Positions 1 to 13,315 of a DNA stretch of 64,000 nucleotides are shown here, in pieces. Positions within the stretch are counted from its first letter, which is position 1; the number at the start of each line of letters is the position of its first letter. A model generated the notes under the pieces. That model was given only the letters and a program-made list of their open reading frames with translations. It did no database searches and was not told where the DNA came from. The stretch comes from Octopus bimaculoides (taxonomy: Eukaryota), in the NCBI RefSeq assembly GCF_001194135.2, contig NC_069004.1:2289058-2353057 (forward strand), in the 5' to 3' direction. A program made the translations under genes and the position numbers.

Positions 1-36
<36 letters not shown>

Positions 37-465
37 TATAAAGGGAGAGAGAGATGATTCAAATCAAAACTATTCTACGTATTCCTCTCTCGTCTTTTTT
101 GTCTGCACAGTCCATCCAAAAAGACGTTAATCAATGTGTCTTCATCTTCTGGTTCAGTATTGTGAGATTTGTTTTCTATTTCTAGCAGGCAGAATGATCT
201 CTAGGCGTAGAACCCATCCCCCACACCACCACCACCACCATAAAACTGTTCCCATCCTTCCGTCCAATGTTTTTCTTCGTTTAGAGTTACCTACCCTTGG
301 ATTTGAATATAAAAACTGACTTCCGTTGGCACAATCGATAGGTTTCACTTCCTGTTGAAATCCCTTTTTCTTATTTTCAGTCTTCTCTTAAATGTTCTCG
401 TTAGTGAACCTTTAGTTGACCTCTGTCTTGCGCTGTTAGCCGTTGTCGTCCCGCTTCACAGCACC

Positions 466-2305
466 ATGCAGTTCCTCCCAAATTGTCCCGCATGCAACGA
501 CAGTTACTGCATCCAAGGTAAACACTTTTATCATTTCATAACAAACTTCTTTCGAAGTTGAAATCTGATTTCACTTTGTAAACTCTGACCAAATACAATT
601 ATCAAACTAACAGTAAAATCAACGAAACTTACCTACATCACATTTAATTGACTGTGTGTTTCGTTTCATTACTGTAAGAATAGAAAACCTAGACGCATAC
701 ATTAAGTATAACGTGTCTTGCAAACATGGGATGGTCACGGTTGGAATATCGGTTCTTTTTTTCGGCCGGAGGTGATCTGCTACTAAACAACAGTAACAGC
801 CGCCAAATATTTAAAAAATGTTGATCATTGCATCTCTTTTCTCTGCAGATTTCTTTATATGTGCGCGGTAAATCAAACTTAGATGCGCAGTTTAAATTTC
901 TGCGAATGTCGCCAATATTTAAGAGAAAAATGAAAATTCGAACGTACTTCTTTTGTCTCTTTCAAGCTTCATACCTTATTCAATCAAAGGAGGATGGGGA
1001 CATGTACTCATTTCGCTCTTTATATTTACATACATACAAACGTGGGTCGCACATTACATTAGCTGGCATGTTCGACCGCGTACAAACAGATGTTTAGTAA
1101 ACATACAAATCTCTCAAGATATCCGTAGCTATACTGACTTCATTTCTACGAACCCTACGAAAAAGACTGTAATATAGACTCAAAAAGAATCTATAAACAA
1201 ATTAATGAAACTAAAATGTTCATCTCCGTGATATCTTATCTATAAAAGGCAGATTTTCTCTGTGTGTGTATGTTTAAAATTCATACATTTACACAATTCC
1301 AAATTTCTAGCATTAAAGAATCGCAATTAATATTCTAAATACAATTTGTTAGGTCACTGCGTCATTTTTTCATTCAAAATAATTCCTAATAGCAAATAAA
1401 ATCCATAAAACTTCACAAGTAAATATTTTCCCCCCTAATAAAATCTAATTTCCTCTTTCTACAAATCCTTTCAACTCCTACTTTCTCTTATGAACCTTTA
1501 CCAACCATCCAACAACAAATACAAAAAGAAAAGAAGGAGAAACACTGACAGTAACAGAAAACCATTTCAGTATCAAAACTGAAACAATCACATTTTGATA
1601 CTGTAATGACAGTTTCACTTTAATGGTTTCATTTTAATACTCATTCTAATTTCTAATTGGCAGGAATTGTAAGTTTTATTTCTAACTCGTCCTTCACCAT
1701 GATAACAACAGAAAAAAAAAAAAAATAGTCACACATCTTTTTTAAATACGATCGACAAACATTTATTCCCTACAAACTGTGACTTTTTAAAAAAATCTTT
1801 TAGTAAATCTTGAGATTAACACCTGCACGATTACCTACCTAACCCTAACCCTAACCCCAACTCTAACACTAGTGAAAATCGTGCAGCCCATGCCAACATG
1901 GAAAACGGATGTTAAACGATGGTGATGACATATATGTATATACTTGTGTGCCTGTGTTTGTCTCCCCACCATCGCTTGAGAACCGATGTTGGTGTGTTTA
2001 TGTCCCTGTACCCTAGCGGTTTGGCAAAAGAGACTGAAAGAATAAGTACTAGGCTTACAGAGAATAAGTTCTGGGGTTGATTCGTTCAACTAGAGGTGGT
2101 GCTCCAGTATGGCTGCAGTCAAATGACTGAAACAAGTAAAAGAATATATATTTATATAAACATGTATGTTTTTCTGATATTTCTGTCCTTAGGTTCCACC
2201 TTGAATACCCATCGTCCAATGTTGCTTTGCTGTGGCCATACATTTTGTGAATCCTGTATAAACAAGTGGAAGGTCAAGAATAAACTCAAGTGTCCAAAGT
2301 GTAAG
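466..2305 (+). other. RNF17: RING-HC (C3HC4) finger of RNF17, split over coding exons 1-2
   Basis: MQFLPNCPACNDSYCIQ-G-STLNTHRPMLLCCGHTFCESCINKWKVKNKLKCPKCK; phase-1 intron 518-2192 with GT...AG ends. Confidence 0.9.
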
Positions 2306-5300
2306 GTCAGTCTGATTTTTTTTTTGTTTCTTTTTTGTCTGTATTTTTCACAGTTGTGGCTCTAATTATTGGAACAATAGAATGGCTGAGATGGATGCCA
2401 TTATTGTTCCTCTTGAGCTTCTGCAAGTCAATGCCTGTGGGAAAGACATTACCAAAGACCAATTTTAGAGGTTTGACATACTGGAAAGGAAGGGCTGTCG
2501 AAATTTGTAAAGCTTTTCATTACCACCCACATCTGCATTGAAAGGCAGATTTTGTTGAGGGTCTAAAGTCTCCCTTGGGTTTTGCTACTAAATCATGTAT
2601 ACCAAAGGTTCTCAATGAGGGCCATATGGCTCCTTGGTGGAGGCATTTTGGAGAAAAGGGACTCTCTTGTACCAAAGAGCACTCTTTCAATAGACAAGAC
2701 GTTGATCTCATAAGTGTCGCATGGTGGAAATAAATGCAATTACCAAACTTTCAATTTATCATTTCATTTTTTTTTTGCATTTCAATTTGTACATCTGTAC
2801 AAGCACATATGTAAAACAACGTCCTTTATTTTTTAATCATTATCTGCTGATATCAAAATAAGTAGTATATTGAAAAATGAAAATATTTTCTAGGAGGGCC
2901 ATTTGTGACTCCAAGGGTCAAAAGGAGGCCTTTGGTCAAAATGGGTTGAGCACCTTTGATATATACCATTAAACAATATGTTACATGTTCACTCTTGGAA
3001 GTAAAACAAGAAACGAACTTTAAAAATAACTGCAAGAGTTTACTCCTCCACAAGGAAGTAAGTACGGTGGATGAAGTAAAAATCCTCACAAATTCTGGTG
3101 GTTGTAATTCATCCATTGTTTGGATATTTCAGCTCAGGTCATCATTGGTTTCATGGGCTCTATTATATTAATTTTGCTCTGGTGAATAATGGCAGGAAAT
3201 CAACATGACTTGACTTCATGAAAATCACTCACCCCTCTGCTTGTCAACTCGTCTTTCATCCTTTTGAGGGCAATAAAATAAGTACCAATTGGGTGCTGGG
3301 GTGAGTGCTATTGACTGACTTCCACTACCCCAAATTTTCAAGCCTCTTGACTATAATGGAAAGAGTTATAAAATCAATTTTTTTCAAAAATTCTCCTTGC
3401 TCTCTTTGCAGCAAAGCACAAATTTTACGAGAAACAGAGGAAGTGTGAAAGCCCTGCCACAGGATATTTATGTATCTGGTTTGTTGGCCCTCAATCAGCA
3501 GACTCTGTTCCACCGGTAAGACAGTTCTTCTGATTCTTCGCTTAGAGGCAGATAATCTTTGACTTTTGTCTATTTTTTTCAGAAGGAATGTGTTTGTTAC
3601 AGGCATAGGCATGGCTTTGTGGTTAAGAAGCTTGCTTCCCAACCGTGTTGTCTTGGGTTCAATCCCACTGCACAAAACCTTGCCTTGGGCAAGTCTCTTC
3701 TAATTTAGCCCTGGGCTGATCTATACAAGCATGGAGGAGTTGAATGCTAAATGATGATGATATCATTAACCCTTTTGCTACTGTATTTCAGTTGAGATGC
3801 TCTGTGTTTCTTTCAATTAATTTTAAATATAACAAAGAATGGAGGAAAATAACTTAGGTGCTGTTAGGAACATAAATTGTGACTAAGGTTTGGTGGAAGA
3901 TTTTAATTCAAAACTGGTGCTGGCTGCTGGAGCCTACCGGTGAGAATTTAAATGGAAATTTGGCAGGATGGTCATTCACCTGCTGACATTCATTGACACT
4001 GCATCAAAGAACAAAGGAAAAAAAATGCACTCAACACTAGATCTGAAGACACCTCTAAAGTGGGGGACACCATGTCGGAAACGGTAGAGAAGTAGGGGCT
4101 GAAACCGGATGTGGTTCTTCCTGATGATGTCTTTAGCCACTGGATCCTGTAAAGGGGCTGTTGAGGTTGCGAATGACGAAATGTAGTTGGAATTCCTGAA
4201 GACAAGACATTTGTACTAGAGAGCCAGAGGTGGTTTCAGCTATGTATTTTGGTTACCAGTCACAGCATTTAATTTATTTAATTAGGATAAAGTTTGGGTT
4301 ATTGCTTTATTTTTCAGGGAGTTTCACAATCCGATCTCTTACTCTCGTGAAAAGGCACCTGTTGTGCAGAAAAACAAAACTGGTAAGTTTGTTTACTTGA
4401 TTAATTTGTTTACGTAAATAGTTTATGTGGCTGGCGCTGTCTAAAAAACACCCAGTGCCCTCTGTAAAGTGGTTGGTATTAGGAAAGGCATCCAGCTAGA
4501 GAAACCTTATCAAAACAAATGATTGTAGCCTAGTGCAGCCCTCTGGCTTGCCAGCTCTTGTCAAACCATCCATCCCATACTAACATGGAAAAATGAATGT
4601 TAAATGATGATGGTGATGGTGATGAATTAATTCATTTATCTAATTAACATGTTTATATAGTCACCAGAACATTGATTCTCAGTTTTCTACACACAAGGCA
4701 GGGTTGTCAGACATAACTTTGTGGAACTAAATTTTTAATTTCCCCCAGCTGTTAAGTTTATCTAATGGCAGTAGTCTAACCAATCGAAATGTGTATGTGG
4801 CTTTGTGTTTCAGCTGTTAGGCTCAAACTGGCCAGATCTGGTCTCTTAAACCTACCCTACGATATCATTTTAAAAACGAACAGTTACCTCATCAAAATCT
4901 CAAAGCTACAAAATAATGCATGATTAGGAAGTGGAGAGACAAGTTACTGAAGAGATTGCAAGAGTGCAATGAAATGATTTAATTTAAAAAAAACCAAAAA
5001 AAAAAACCTATATACTGTTTATAAATTTATCTAAGGACTGAACCAGTGCGTGTGTTTATTACCGGCATAATGCCTCTCCCAAGGTTTAATTGTAAATAAA
5101 CCTTACTCTTGACAGAATAATGTGAATGTTAAAAGGTTAAATGTGTGTGTGTGTGTGAGTGTGAGAAAGAAACTTGTGTCTTCTAGTCTTGGCATCTTGT
5201 GATACAGTCCCAGCTGGAGCACTTTTGATCATAGGCTTGGCCAATCAGAACTGGACGTAGGATGAAACACCAACTACAACTTGAACAACAACCTGTTACC

Positions 5301-8300
5301 TTCTTGTGGTTAATCTGACTGTTTTGTTACCTGTCTTCTCTTTGTAGTTTTCTGTTTTGAATGTCATCAGGTGTCCGCTGACATTGAATGCCTCCAGTGT
5401 GACGTAGCAATGTGCAATCAATGTTTCAAAAAGGTCAGTGCCATCCACCACTACTACTACCACTGCCACCACCACCATCACCACCACCTCTGCCATTATC
5501 ACTACTACTGCCACCACCACCGCTATTTTGTTGCTTAATCATAGGTTTAACCCTTCAGCATTTAACGGGCTAAATCCAGCCAAAATACCCCACCTGTTTG
5601 ATGTTCAAGCCAGCCCTATCCAGCTTCTCATACCTACCTCTCAATGTTATTCTTGAACTAAACAATCACATCACTGAAGTCTTGAATCTACAAAATATCT
5701 ATGATTAATTCAAAATCACGTGACCACACGACTGACCAGACTATCAGATGTTACACATCACTAGCCACAATGCACTTTACGTCGTTTTAGCCATCAAATG
5801 ACACCACCCTGCTGGCTAGGTGAACAGGCCAACAGTCCCCCTTGATCAAGAGGGGGACTGGAGCAATGTAAAATGAAGAGCACAACGTACCGCCTGGTCT
5901 GGGAATCGAACTCACAGTCTAGCAATCGTGAGTGCAACAGCCTAACCACTAGGCCGCATGCCTTCACTAATTGAAAATATTTATTTCTTTATTTCCTACA
6001 AGGGGCTAAACATAGAGGGGACAAAGGGATTAAGTCGATTACATCAACTTCAGTGCGTAACTGGTACTTATTTAATCGACCCCAAAAGGATGAAAAGCAA
6101 AGTCGACTTTGGTGGAATTTGAACTCACACTGAAATACTGGCAGACGAATTACCGCTCAGCATTTTGTCTGGCGTGCTAACGATTCGGCCAGCTCGCCAC
6201 CCTTGTTGGAAATATTGTGAATAAATAATTACATGTGGCAGAGTAATCTGAATGCTGACGGGTTAAACCAAATATTTGTTCTTTACAATAATCTCTGACT
6301 ATGGCATTTATTTCTCACTTCTGTCTATGTTGTTGTTCTTGTTGATGTTATTGTCGATGTACCTGTATTTTCCAGGTTCACACCAATTCTGTTGCTCTCA
6401 AAATGCATCAGTCTGTCCCCCTAGGTTCAGAGATGACTGCAATGTAAGTTCACAGACTTTTCCATCTTGAAAGTGAAGAAATAGAAATAATTCAGTTTGG
6501 ATGGTTAGACTCAAATTAAAAAAAGAAATAAATAATGACATGTAAATATTGGGTTGAAAATCCCTTTTTGACAGAAAAAGTTGAAGGCTGCCTTGGGACT
6601 TGAACCCACATCCTTTGAAAATATGACAGATGTTCCACCATTGGACTAAAGCAATCCTTTGAATTTCTTTATTTTGCTATCCATGTGCAGCCTTCAGCTT
6701 TTTTATCCAAAGGGTTTTTTTAACCTAATATGTACATGTTATTATTTAAAGCTCTCTGTATTTCAAGTTCAACCATTAAAAAGGGATTATTTCATGTTCT
6801 CTCGAAGTTTCTAAATTCTTTTGATGTGAAGAAATACAATTATAATTTTTTAGAGTTTTATCCTCATTTTTAATGGTGACAGGGTTTTTTTTCTTTAATA
6901 TTCACATGAACACTACATTTTGACAGTTTGCTCTCAATCATCACTAGATACCCTATTCTTTGACATATACAGGGTTGGCCAAAAGTCACCTGACAGTAAA
7001 TCAAAACCATTTAATTCCAAGTTTTATTTATGTTTAACAACTGAATGAATTTAATATACCTCAGTCTAGTCTGGGCACCATATCCTATGCTGGGGCTTAG
7101 AACAAGAATTTTGGTTACATAGATATTCTTACGTTAGCATCATTAATTTATTTCTATTTGTTTAAAGAATTTTGGTTACATACATAGATAGTCTTACATT
7201 AGCATCATTTCAAATTATGCCAGTATATTTCTGCATTATTTTTTTTATTTATTTAACTTTTATTTCCATCTCTTCAAGCAACCAAGAAGTCGACAAGTGC
7301 CTTGTTCATAAGAATCGGATCCTTGAGTATTACTGCCAAGATGACAAAGTGAACATTTGCTCTCGATGTGTGATAATTGGCAAACATAAGGGACATAACA
7401 TTGTCGCTATTGAGAAAAACGTACGTTGTGAATTGTCACATTTTCCTCATTTCTCTGGTCTTCTTATCTAGGATTATTCAATTTTATTGTGTCTTTAGTC
7501 TTTAATCCTTGACTTCAAGAATTACCATTTCAAATTCTATCTTATTGTATAGATGCAGGTATGGTTGTGTGTTAAGAAATTTGCTTCCCGACCACACAGC
7601 TTTGGATTCAGTTCCACTGCGTGGCACCTTAGGCAAGTGTCTTCTACTATGGCTCTAGGCTAACCAAAGCTTTATTTGTGAATTTGGTAGATGGAAACTG
7701 AAAGAAGCCTATCTTATATGTGTGTGTTACAGTTTCCTTGTATTGATGTCATGTGATGTCAATACAAGTGGTGTTGTTTGTGTCCAATCTTCCCTGAAAA
7801 CATATCTGGTCATGTGGAAGCATTACCTTACTTAGAAACAGGTGAGGGTTGGCAACAAGAAAGGTATCCGGTCATAGAAAATCCACCTGAGCAAATTCCA
7901 TCTGACAAGAAAAATCCCACCCTGGGGTCTATTATCTTTGTTTTATTGTCTGTACATCTTAATATCAGGCGGTGCTCCAGCATGGCCGCAGTCAAAGAAC
8001 TGAAACAAATAAAAGAATATTCCCTAATTAATATATGTTTCTATTGCTCTATTGGTTCTTTGTTGATGTTGTTGTTTCAGAATGAGATTTTGTTGGACAG
8101 TTTGAAAGAATCTTTACCAACAGCAAGTATTGTGATAAACAAAATGAAATCATCGTTAAAGGTAACAGCGCTTTGTTCCATTTCACTGGCTCCTTCTTCT
8201 TCTTCTAATTGTTATCATCATTAAGACGGTGAGCTGGCAGAATCATTAGCACGCTGAGCAAAATGCTTCACGATCTGAGTTCAAATTCCACCAAGGTCAA

Positions 8301-11300
8301 CTTTGTCTTTCATCCTTTTTGGGGTCGATAAAATAAGTGACAGTTGAGTACTGAGAAATATGCTTAAACAGAGAGAGTAAGAAATATTAACCCTTTTGTT
8401 ACCGTATTTCTGTTGAGATGCTCTGTGTTTCTTTCAAAGAATTTAGTAAAATGTCAGGAACATAAATTGTGACTAACGTTTGGTGGAAGATTTTAACTTA
8501 AAACTTATGAAAACAAGACATTTGTACTACAGAGCCAGAGATCGTTTCAGCCGGGTTGGTATCAAAAGGGTTAAGAATCATTCCTCTATTATATATTTTA
8601 ACCCTTTCCTTACCGTGTTTCTGTTGAGATGCTTTGTGTTTCTTTCAATTAATTTTAAATATAACAAAGAATTTAGTAAAATAACTTAGTTATCATTAAG
8701 CAAGTGTTAGGAACATAAATTGTGACTAANNNNNNNNNNTTGAGATGCTTTGTGTTTCTTTCAATTAATTTTAAATATAACAAAGAATTTAGTAAAATAA
8801 CTTAGTTATCATTAAGCAAGTGTTAGGAACATAAATTGTGACTAACGTTTGGTGGAAGATTTTAATTCAAAACTTATGAAAACAAGACATTTGTACTACA
8901 GGGCCAGAGGCAGTTTTGGCTGGGTTGGTAACGAAAGGGTTAAAATGTCTGTCAGATATGTTAGTATGAAATCAGCAGCACCAAAATGGCCATGCCAGAA
9001 CGTCTCATACCCAGCATGTTTTTTTTTTTAACTATTTGTCTTGTCTTCAGGGACTATGTACATTGGCATCAAAGGATAAAGAACACCTTGTGACAGTCAG
9101 CAAAGCAATCCATGAATATTTCCATTTCTTACATGCAAAGTTACAAACGAGGTGAGACTAAAGTATTTTCACTCTATTTATGCACCTGCTCTCCACCCTT
9201 TCTGTACCGCTGCTTATCACCTCCTCCTCCTCCTCCTGATCCTATTTCCATCACTCAACCATTCACTGCATTCACCTGTATCTCCCCATCATCCTATCTG
9301 CCTCTTTCCTTTCAAACTCTTGCCAACGTACTCACCTACCCTTCCAGGGTCTCTGTCCCTGTTCTCTCTTCTACTCACTTTGTTCCCTGACACAATTCTC
9401 CAACATCTCACCAACCACCTTCTTTGTCTCTCTTACTAGCTACTCCTGCTTGCCCACCCTTATGTAATGCAGGGTAACCATGTATCTCCACCACTACATC
9501 AAAGACACCTGTTCCTGTCATACTTCAACCCCTCAGCATCGAACATAAAGCCACCTTCTCCTCTCTTATACCCCATACTCAGTCAAAGGGGTATGTCTTT
9601 GCAGTTAGTGACACTGCCATGTGTGGGGTGGAAACAACACTGTTTCCGCAGAAACATTATTAAAGCAAGCATTGGAGTTCAACAGTCCTCCAGCTCATCA
9701 GATACCATTGAACCATTCAACTCATGCCAATATGGAAAAGGGATATTAAATGATGATGATGGTGGTAGCAGTGGCAACACCTACACCGTCATTGTTGTCA
9801 TAAAATATTGTTGACTTTACATCATTTAATGTCCATTTCCCATGCTGGCATGGGTTCGACACTTTGACAGGAACTGGCAAGTCACAAGATGGCACAAAGT
9901 TCTGCTGTCTGCTTTGGTATGGTTTCTATGAGTTGATGCCCTTCCTAACACCAACCACTTTACAAGATGTACCAGGTGCTTTTTATGTGGCACCACCAGC
10001 ACTGGTGATGTTGTCAAGAAACTTGCAAGACAACGATATCCTTTGTTTCCAGTCTTCTGTAATACTATGTCTGATCATGGGGAAATATTACCTTATTTGG
10101 AAACAGGGGAGGTATGGTGACAGGAAGAGCGTCCGGTCATATAAAATGTGCCTCAAAATGTTCTTTCTGACTCATACATGCACGGAAAATTTGACATTAA
10201 AATGATGATGAGGAGGAGGAGGACATGTAACTTAGATGTGGACTCTTTGTTCTATGGCGTCATGCTGTTTACCATTCTGTTTCAGAGAAATGCAGTTAAT
10301 TGAAGAAGCAGTTAAAACATTTGAGGAGAATAAGTTCCAATCTGAGAATTTTGTAAGTAAGATTTCTGTATCGTAATAGCTTTCTTGGCACTATTGAGTC
10401 ACTTGTCTGGTTTGGTTTGTAGAATTGCAGCATCATGATTAATTATGATTGCATGATTATATAGTGTATTACACTGGTTAGTTTAGGATAAGGTGGTTGT
10501 GTGATGTGTGCAGCTATGGGATGTTTGTGAGTAGATGTCTCGTGAAACGTAGATAATTTTAGGGAGATGGGATGGCTTCTGTGAACCAGTCACCTGACTG
10601 CATAAACTCTTCCATTATGGTTTACAAGTAAATTGAATAAAATCATTATTCAGAATATTCCAGGCCATTTTCTTCATTCTGTTACTTTTTTTTTTGTTAC
10701 AGAAAAAACAATTGACTGAAGATTTGAAGAATTTGGAATCTGATTTTAACTGTAAGTCTTTTATAGTTTGTTGTGTTTTTGAGAAAAAGCAGTATTTGCA
10801 TATTTCATTGTATTACTTTATATACTGTAGGTGCATATGGTTGTGTGGTTAAGAAGCCTGCTTTGCAACCATGTGGTTTCTAGTCTGGGTTCAGTCTTTG
10901 AGTAACGGAAACGGAAAGAAGTCTGTTGTATGTATATCATCATTACCATCAATGTCTTGACATCTGCTTTTCCATGCTTACATGAGTCGGACAGCATTTG
11001 TTGAGGAGGAAATTCTACGGCTCGATGCTCTTCTTGTCACCAACCCTCACCTGTTTCCAAGTAAGGTGATATATCCCCATCTCCAGACATCTTTTCACAG
11101 AACATTTGGAATGAAGGATGCCATTTGCATGGTAGTAGCACTCACAGAAACCTAGAACCATGTTGTTGGGAAGCAAGCTTCTTACCACACAGTCACTCCT
11201 GTGCCTGCATATATATATATATATATATATGATCCAGCAAACGGGGCCTCATATCAGTGAGGGTGGCTGGTGCATAATGATGCTGTCGTGAGGTAGGCCC

Positions 11301-13281
11301 TGAAATGGCACACATTCTCTCCTGATGACCCCAAACACTTTGCGGAGCTTTTGACTGGTAGGACTTACTTGTGCAAGTTGTTTGCAAAACATCTGAAAGA
11401 AGGTGATGGCAGTGGGCACTGAAATACAGACCAGTCTACTGCTGTCCCTTCATTAGTTGTGTGTATGTGTAGAAAAAGGGCTGAGTGTGTTGTTTTATGA
11501 TTACGATATCCAGAATTGTATTTATGGTTTAGTTTAGATTAGAAACTTTGACCTCTACCTCTATCTGCAGCTGCTGTTGAGATGTTAAATAACACTGAAG
11601 AAATCCATGGCAATATCTTGAAAGTTATAAACACCATCAAAAATGCAGAAAATATTCCATGTTATCTGAAATTGCCTGAAAATGACAAAGCATCGTTCCA
11701 GTAAGTGTCCATTGAGATTTTTCTCCTCCTTGTTGTTCTGTTCTTCTCATTTAGTTATCTTGTTATTTAGGCCAGCAATTTATGATGCTACAATCTGGTC
11801 AGGGATCTCACCACAGACTAATGAGACATGCTACTGGTACCATGTAAACCACCACACAACATGGACTGGACCCTGTGGTGGGTCCTTAGCGAATAGCAAT
11901 CCTCTAAAGTTTGTTCTGAGTTGTGATGGTTTTTCTTTATTTTTCTTCTTTAGATTTCTTCCAAATGGAGACATTGTTAAACGTATTGGAAGTCTGGGAC
12001 GCATTGAGATGGATGAAAAGCACAAGTAAGTATTTGGAAATTGTGTAAAGGTAAAGGTAAATTTACCTTTGTGAGTCATACTGACTCAAGAGCCAGTTTC
12101 CTGGTTTCAGTAGCATATGTATTCCCCACCTGGACGGGACGCCAGTCCCCTGCAGGGTTACTCATTTTTTTTGCCAGCTGAGTGGACTGGAGCAATGTGA
12201 AATGAAGTGTTTTGCTCAAGAACACAATGTATTGCCCAGTCCAGGGATTGAAACCGCTATCTTACGATCATGACTCGAACACCCTTACCACTAAGCCACC
12301 CGCCTACACATTGTGTATGTGTGTCTGCATATGATGGAAGCAGTTATTTGGTAATGTGTGTGTTCATCTCTCTGATTTTTGTGTGTGTCTGTGCATATGA
12401 TATAAACAAGTATTAGGCAATGTATGTGTGTAGAGCTCCATGTGTGTGTGTGTGTATGTATTTGTGGGTGCGTATGATATAAACACTTATTTGGTATTGT
12501 GTATACATACATACCTCTTTGTAACTTTGTGTGTGTATGTACCCCTGTGTGATTGCATGCGTGTACCCTTGTGTGATTGTGTGTGTCCCTCTATGATTGT
12601 TTATGTGTATATGAAGGCAACAAGTCATTGGCTGTGTGTGGGTATTGTTGTTATTATTATTATTAACTAAAAATGTGTGAGAAATTATTGTAAAGAAGTT
12701 AACTCAAACTTTTGATGTTTCTGATCCTACCACAGGCATTTAATCTCATCACTTGAAGAATTTCCAGAAGCCATCACTAAGGAAGATTTGGAGAGTAGCA
12801 AAGATATCACTCTTAGCTTCCAGTTATTTTCATATCCTAAGGTCTTTGGTAAGTAAGATGATGTCACATGTAGCTTTATGTAGCAGACCATCAAACTACT
12901 GTCTGAAGATTGTGGTTTGATTATATTCCTCACCCAGCCTCATATTGTGTCCATAGAATTGAAAGATGAAATTACAGCTTGTTTGACGATGATGACTAAG
13001 GACCTCATGTAGGAGAAGATGGGGCACAGTGTGTATAATAATAATAATAATAATAATAATGATGATGATGATTACAAATTTTGGCACAGGACTAGCAATT
13101 TTGGGGGAGGAGGTAAGTCGATTACGTTGACCTCAGTGTCCAACTGATACTTATTTTATCGATCCCGAAAGGACAAAAGACAAAGTTGATTTCGGTGGAA
13201 TTTGAACTCAGAATATAGCGATAGACAAAATATTGCTCAGCATTTCGCCTAGCATGCTGATGATTCTGCCAGCTCACCACC

Positions 13282-13315
<34 letters not shown>

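Noticed and set aside
3138-3181. Alternative candidate for RNF17 exon 3 (VIIGFMGSIILILL)
   Set aside because: 3412-3515 has much better splice sites and gives the expected post-RING motif (ALPQDIYVSGLL).
7555-7640. tRNA-like A/B boxes (also at the heads of other SINE copies)
   Set aside because: These are SINE heads with no complete cloverleaf; no genuine tRNA, rRNA or snRNA gene was recognised in the window.
8622-8849. Apparent tandem duplication of about 110 bp of MITE sequence
   Set aside because: The two identical copies sit on either side of a 10-N gap (8730-8739), the typical signature of unmerged overlapping contig ends.
12957-13007. Exon-like stretch ELKDEITACLTMMTKDL in an RNF17 intron
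   Set aside because: Including it breaks the frame between 12848 and 13674, and the donor is weak.
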